64,000 nucleotides of DNA. It comes from Candidatus Fermentibacteraceae bacterium. GTDB lineage: Bacteria > Fermentibacterota > Fermentibacteria > Fermentibacterales > JCC-6. Under the pieces are notes generated by a model. The model searched no databases. It worked only from the letters and a program-made list of their open reading frames with translations, and was not told the origin of the DNA. Positions 59,780-64,000 of this stretch are shown here, piece by piece. The stretch's first letter is position 1; every line of letters starts with the position of its first letter. The stretch is taken from the NCBI GenBank assembly GCA_016936235.1, contig JAFGPK010000042.1, positions 32 through 64,031 on the forward strand. The letters run 5' to 3'. The position numbers and the translations under genes were made by a program.

Positions 59780-62700
59780 ATGAAGACTTGCTTCACCTTT
59801 GTAACGTTAATCCTGCTGCCCCTGCTGCCTGCCGGTACGGCGCGCTGCGGGACCCTGTACACCCATCACGGTCCTGTAGCTGTTCCGCCGGGAGGCTACG
59901 CCTTTAGTGTCTGCTCGGAGGGGGGAGTAGCGGGGGACTTCAAGGTAGTGCCTGCTCTTGCTCCAGGCCCCTGGCCGTTTCTGAGGGCTGTTCTTCCTCC
60001 GGCTGCGGATTCGGCAGTAAATATCTGCGGGGAATGGCTCAGGAATGACCTTAGCGTGAGATTTTCAGACCTGCTGTACAGGGACCTGCATCTTGACAGT
60101 CCCGCTGTGCCCGGCTTCGCAGATATTAACGGCGACGGCGAGGATGATCTGGTGGTCCTGACCCCTGACGGCTCGCTGCAGGGAATTTTCACTTTCCCCG
60201 GCCTGGAGGAGGTCGATCCTGGAAGCTGGACGGGTGAATTCGAAGCATTCCGGGACGTGACCGGGGACGGTCTCCCGGATTCCGCTTCGATCACTGACGA
60301 TGGGGTTCTGATCATCCACTCCGAAGACCGACCGGTGGTGAGTTCCACCGGATTCGCCGTTCCGGCCGTTGCGGGGGTCGCACTGTTCGACATGGAGGGT
60401 GACGGTCTTGCTGACCTCGTCCTGGGTACGGGGTCGGGCGGCGTGATGGTCTACAGGAATTCCGGCACCTTCAGTATGCCCTGTTTCGTTCCTTTCAGGT
60501 CCTGCACCCGCCGCGCATTCCCAATGAATCCCGGTGCGTTCAGTTCCCCCGCGGTCTTCCGGGGCGATGATTCGACTCTGGTCCTGGCGGTGGGGACGCT
60601 GATGAACGGTCTTCATCTCTACAGAGCAACACTCTCCGGGGGACTTTCCCGGATTGACTGGTCAGACGCACACGGAGTAGCAGGCGCTGAAGGCTTTCAG
60701 AACATATCGCCCACCGTGTTGGAACTTGTCGATGGGCCGATACTGGTATGCGGATCAAGGGAGGGAGTCCTGTACGGGTACGTCCCCGGCAGCGATTCCC
60801 TGGTGCCGCTTCAGCTGCCCCCCGTACCGGGAAGTTACCCTGATCTGGCAGTCACCATGGTGGATGACGACGAATTCCCGGACCTGGTGGCCGGGACGAT
60901 GGAGGGTCAGGTCTACCGCCTCGAAGGATGGGAGGGCTGGTTCCGCGGCGGATGGACGGAACTCGAGGGATTTCCTCAGTTACCCTCCGGCGCTCCCTCG
61001 CCCTGGGGTGAAGGTCTGGTGTTCGGTACCGATGGAGGGGGATTGCTTTTCTATACCCGGAACGGCAGCGGGTCCTGGGTGGATTCCACTGAAGCTTCCC
61101 CGTTCAGGGACATAGATGTGGGGGATTTCTCGGTACCGGAATTCTTCGACTTCGACGGGGACGGAGTTCCGGAGCTGATCGCAGGCAGTTCAAGGGGCGA
61201 TCTCACGCTGTTCGAGCTCTGTCCCGACGCTTCCGGCGCAGGGCCTCTCTACCTGGAGAGGTATTCCTGGGAGTTCCAGCCCGGCGGCGCTGTGCCGGAT
61301 ATCGATGCCTATTACTCGAGGTACTTCCAGCCGTACACAGTTCTTCGTGTGCCTACCGGGAGCGACATGGTGGAAGCATTTGCGGAGGAGATCCTGAGGG
61401 CCCCGCAGGAGAATCGCGATGAGATTGCCTACTGCGTGGCCCATACGCCCACGGAAGTCCTCGTCTCCATGTACGCGAACGGCGACACGGACCTTCTCGG
61501 GCTGAACGCGAGATCCATGTATCAGATGGCGGACAAGCTGGAGTACGTCACTATCGAGGATTCAGGCGGCACCAGCTGGTGCCGGTTGAGGACACTTGAC
61601 GGCTGGTTCGACGTGGACCCCGAGGATTACTACCGTTTCGTCGTCCATCCAAGGATTCTCTTCGAAGTGCCGGCAAGGGTCGACGCGGATTACTGGAGCG
61701 CTCCCAGGGACACCGCCGTTCTCTCTCTGGAAGAATGGCTGAACCATGAGCCGGACGACCTGTACGGCTCCTCCGATGACCATGTGTTCTGGAGGGTCTT
61801 CCTCCCGGTTGACAGCACGATCGGCGGTCCGCTTCTGGAGAGCATGATGCAGGCGTCCAGCTACGAAGAGGCGGTGGTAAGGATCTGTAACTTCCAGTCC
61901 CATTCCCAGCCGGAAGGGATGATGAGTTTCGGGTACTCCACCAACGATCTCCAGCCCATGGTCATTTACAGAAAGGCCTACGGCTCCTGCGGCGAGCAGT
62001 CGATACTCCAGACCGCTCTTTGCAGGACCTTCCTTATCCCGGCCTATGTCGTTGGTTGCCGGGGAGAGGACCACCAGTGGGCGCAGTACCTGCATCCGGC
62101 CAGCGGAAGGTGGGGCCACTGGGACATCAATTACGGTCTGGCGGGCATCGGGGACATCTGGGTATCCGGTGAGGGGATCGACCATCGAGGCAAGACCATC
62201 TCCACAATAACCGCCTTCGGACCGGACAACTCCGTCTGGCCCGTGACCACCGTTACAATCGCATCCCCCGGCTCGGGCTACATGCCCGGGGATTCGGGGT
62301 ACACCCGTACCGCCAGGGTGGAGGTGACGGTTCTCGATCCCTCCGGCATGCCCGTGGAAGGGGCGATGGTTCTGGCGAGGTCCCACTGGGAGAACGCCAA
62401 TTCAGTATCGCAGTTCGAATACACCGATATTACCGGGACCTGCGAGTTCATGCTGGGATGGGAGCCCGGAGGCGGATACACAATGGATGTGGTATCACCC
62501 TTCGGATCGACGGGAAGCCGGAACATCTCCTTCCGGGAGGATACGGACTACCGTATCCGCTATACCGTCCCGTGCCTTATCCCCCGGCCCCAGTCCATTG
62601 AGATCGGACAGGCGGCTTATTCGGTTGATTCTGCGGTCACGGAGCGAATCTATCCGGTGAGCTACTTCTCCGGATCCCTCTATTCCATTGATGATGGGAG

Positions 62701-64000
62701 TGAGGACTTCACCTCTACCCGGGGTTTCGCCGGCCGGAGACCGGTTCCGGGCTCAGGCCTGGTTCTCTACATGGACCGTGAGAACTTCGGGAGATACCGC
62801 AGAGGTCTCCATTGCAGGGCCCTTGGGCATCAGTTCGATCCCGCGCCCGGGGACACATGCTACGCGGTGCTTGACAACCGGAACAGCATGTTCACCTGGC
62901 GGGACTTCAACATTGACCGGCTGATGCCGCCTGCTGTTTCAGAACAGTCTTCTCCCAGGGACAGAGAATGGTTCGAAGGTCCCTTCGACTCCAGACTGCC
63001 CCTGTCGCCCTTCTGCCCTTCCGCTCCCGAGATCGGGGATGATACCGCCGGGACCGGATGGATAGTGACGATGCATGATCTGCAGATGAGGCAGGACGAC
63101 CCCGGTGATCCTCTGTCATCGGGACAGGTCATCGGACCCTTCAGGATCCCTCCAGGTTCGCGCAGCCTTAGCATCGAGACAGAGGGAGATGCCCCCGGAA
63201 TGGACGTTGACCTCTACCTGTTCAGGGATTCAGACGGTGACCTGACGGTGGACGGCATGGATGAAATGATCCTGTCCTCCACTACCCCGTCTTCCAGCGA
63301 GAGAATAGTCATGACCGGTGCGGACACCTCCGCCGTCTACTGGATTTACATACAGGGCTGGCAGGTTCCCGAGGATTCGGGAAGGGTGGACCTGGGGCTG
63401 TCCTTCAGCCCCGAGATGGTCCGGATACACTCACTACATCCCACAGGACCTGTCAGGGACCTTCCCGATCTCTTCTCTTTCCGACTGACGGCGGATTCCC
63501 TGAACACCGGTGACGTGCTGCTGGCAGCCGGCGGTGACACGCTGGTTCCGCGGAGGTACGGGGACAGTTGGGAAGTAGAATCCTCAAGCTTGACCGGTGC
63601 CTTCATGACCGGAGAGGTGGAAGTCCTGACTGATGGGGTGGGAACCTATGGCTCCTTCAGCTGGAGTGTCATGCTGGACAGCGTGCCTCCTGAGGCTGTC
63701 TCCAGCGGGATATTGGTCCATCCTGAGATCATGGAGGCCGGGATAGAAGTCAGATGCTTTGATGCCCTCTCGGGGATGCGGAGCGTGAGGGTATCCACCG
63801 ATTCCCTTCACGAATCGCAGTGCCGACTGGCCGATTCCGTCTGGAGCTGCACCATGGACCTTTCGCTCATGCAGGAGGGGGCGGTTGACGTGACGATTCT
63901 CCTTGAGGACTCGGCGGGCAACAGATCCCGGGAGCGTCTCACCGTCGAAGTGCCGGAGAGGCCCGGCGTACTCTTCCGTCACATCTACCCCGAGGGCGTC
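59780..64000 (+). CDS. Very large secreted FG-GAP/VCBS-repeat plus transglutaminase-core protein (5' partial; continues beyond the window)
   Basis: This ORF is not in the supplied track. The ATG at 59780 lies 3 nt after GGAGGG (59771-59776). I read 1407 consecutive sense codons to position 64000 with no stop. The signal peptide is MKTCFTFVTLILLPLLPAGTA. The FG-GAP-like loops are DINGDGEDDLVVL, DMEGDGLADLVLG, DDDEFPDLVAG and DFDGDGVPELIAG. The transglutaminase Cys-His-Asp core is YGSCGEQSILQTALCRTFLIPAYVVGCRGEDHQWAQYLHP..GRWGHWD. Beta-rich (Ig or pre-peptidase-like) regions follow. Confidence 0.8.
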   Translation, partial: MKTCFTFVTLILLPLLPAGTARCGTLYTHHGPVAVPPGGYAFSVCSEGGVAGDFKVVPALAPGPWPFLRAVLPPAADSAVNICGEWLRNDLSVRFSDLLYRDLHLDSPAVPGFADINGDGEDDLVVLTPDGSLQGIFTFPGLEEVDPGSWTGEFEAFRDVTGDGLPDSASITDDGVLIIHSEDRPVVSSTGFAVPAVAGVALFDMEGDGLADLVLGTGSGGVMVYRNSGTFSMPCFVPFRSCTRRAFPMNPGAFSSPAVFRGDDSTLVLAVGTLMNGLHLYRATLSGGLSRIDWSDAHGVAGAEGFQNISPTVLELVDGPILVCGSREGVLYGYVPGSDSLVPLQLPPVPGSYPDLAVTMVDDDEFPDLVAGTMEGQVYRLEGWEGWFRGGWTELEGFPQLPSGAPSPWGEGLVFGTDGGGLLFYTRNGSGSWVDSTEASPFRDIDVGDFSVPEFFDFDGDGVPELIAGSSRGDLTLFELCPDASGAGPLYLERYSWEFQPGGAVPDIDAYYSRYFQPYTVLRVPTGSDMVEAFAEEILRAPQENRDEIAYCVAHTPTEVLVSMYANGDTDLLGLNARSMYQMADKLEYVTIEDSGGTSWCRLRTLDGWFDVDPEDYYRFVVHPRILFEVPARVDADYWSAPRDTAVLSLEEWLNHEPDDLYGSSDDHVFWRVFLPVDSTIGGPLLESMMQASSYEEAVVRICNFQSHSQPEGMMSFGYSTNDLQPMVIYRKAYGSCGEQSILQTALCRTFLIPAYVVGCRGEDHQWAQYLHPASGRWGHWDINYGLAGIGDIWVSGEGIDHRGKTISTITAFGPDNSVWPVTTVTIASPGSGYMPGDSGYTRTARVEVTVLDPSGMPVEGAMVLARSHWENANSVSQFEYTDITGTCEFMLGWEPGGGYTMDVVSPFGSTGSRNISFREDTDYRIRYTVPCLIPRPQSIEIGQAAYSVDSAVTERIYPVSYFSGSLYSIDDGSEDFTSTRGFAGRRPVPGSGLVLYMDRENFGRYRRGLHCRALGHQFDPAPGDTCYAVLDNRNSMFTWRDFNIDRLMPPAVSEQSSPRDREWFEGPFDSRLPLSPFCPSAPEIGDDTAGTGWIVTMHDLQMRQDDPGDPLSSGQVIGPFRIPPGSRSLSIETEGDAPGMDVDLYLFRDSDGDLTVDGMDEMILSSTTPSSSERIVMTGADTSAVYWIYIQGWQVPEDSGRVDLGLSFSPEMVRIHSLHPTGPVRDLPDLFSFRLTADSLNTGDVLLAAGGDTLVPRRYGDSWEVESSSLTGAFMTGEVEVLTDGVGTYGSFSWSVMLDSVPPEAVSSGILVHPEIMEAGIEVRCFDALSGMRSVRVSTDSLHESQCRLADSVWSCTMDLSLMQEGAVDVTILLEDSAGNRSRERLTVEVPERPGVLFRHIYPEGV

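Noticed and set aside
59896-63982. A series of minus-strand and off-frame + strand ORFs (for example 61562..62386, 60065..60616, 60726..61115, 62688..62924) listed for the last 4 kb
   Set aside because: All lie inside the unlisted 1407-codon frame-2 ORF starting at 59780, which has a signal peptide, FG-GAP loops and a transglutaminase core. The listed ORFs have low-complexity translations.
1-64000. A search by eye for CRISPR arrays, rRNA, tRNA, tmRNA or other long direct-repeat arrays
   Set aside because: No regularly spaced direct repeats, no T-loop/D-loop combinations at tRNA spacing and no rRNA-like conserved blocks were seen in the intergenic regions. The only simple repeat found is the in-gene Gly-codon tract at 50253-50291. 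A covariance-model scan would be needed to be certain.

Overview
This is a 64-kb fragment of a high-GC bacterial genome. Spot counts give about 58-67% G+C in typical coding lines. A lower-GC stretch (about 32-50% in counted lines) runs from roughly 32.0 to 35.7 kb. I call 45 protein-coding genes and found no rRNA, tRNA or CRISPR array. The gene content points to an anaerobic, probably uncultivated lineage of the FCB-superphylum type, based on T9SS-like C-terminal sorting tails, a PorX-type REC-PglZ regulator and ferredoxin/NAD(P)H flavoenzyme modules. This taxonomic guess is inference only.

Main blocks:
- 65-10323: secreted and orphan proteins (PstS-family binding protein, beta-helix protein, YyaL thioredoxin-domain protein, FG-GAP propeller).
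- 10313-15611: a tightly coupled minus-strand operon encoding a SAM methyltransferase, three 2-hydroxyacyl-CoA-dehydratase/benzoyl-CoA-reductase-type modules and an ATPase activase. I rank this as the best candidate for an undescribed enzyme system.
- 16524-20751: an AbrB-TauE pair and a receiver/ATP-grasp signalling protein.
- 20810-32007: a redox block with gdhA, nfnAB-like genes, a REC protein with two ligand-binding-like modules, and a NuoE/NuoF/[2Fe-2S]-GltD-NuoG-like three-subunit complex.
- 32008-35731: the lower-GC segment, with an HUH (IS200/RayT-like) transposase, a small secreted protein and an ABC-2 exporter.
- 35741-39904: a GNAT fusion protein and an orphan ChlI/ChlD-like AAA+/vWA pair.
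- 40108-47355: a histidine kinase, a degenerate sigma-54-type regulator and a convergent tandem-cyclase STAND-TPR protein.
- 50543-64000: a very compact plus-strand gene array (lipoprotein, LarA-like, PorY-like, PorX-like, tsaE, tsaB, rimI-PNP fusion, folC, small membrane protein, FGE-like lipoprotein). It ends in an ORF of more than 1400 codons that is absent from the supplied ORF track because it runs off the window end.

All family assignments come from reading motifs by eye. No database search was run.
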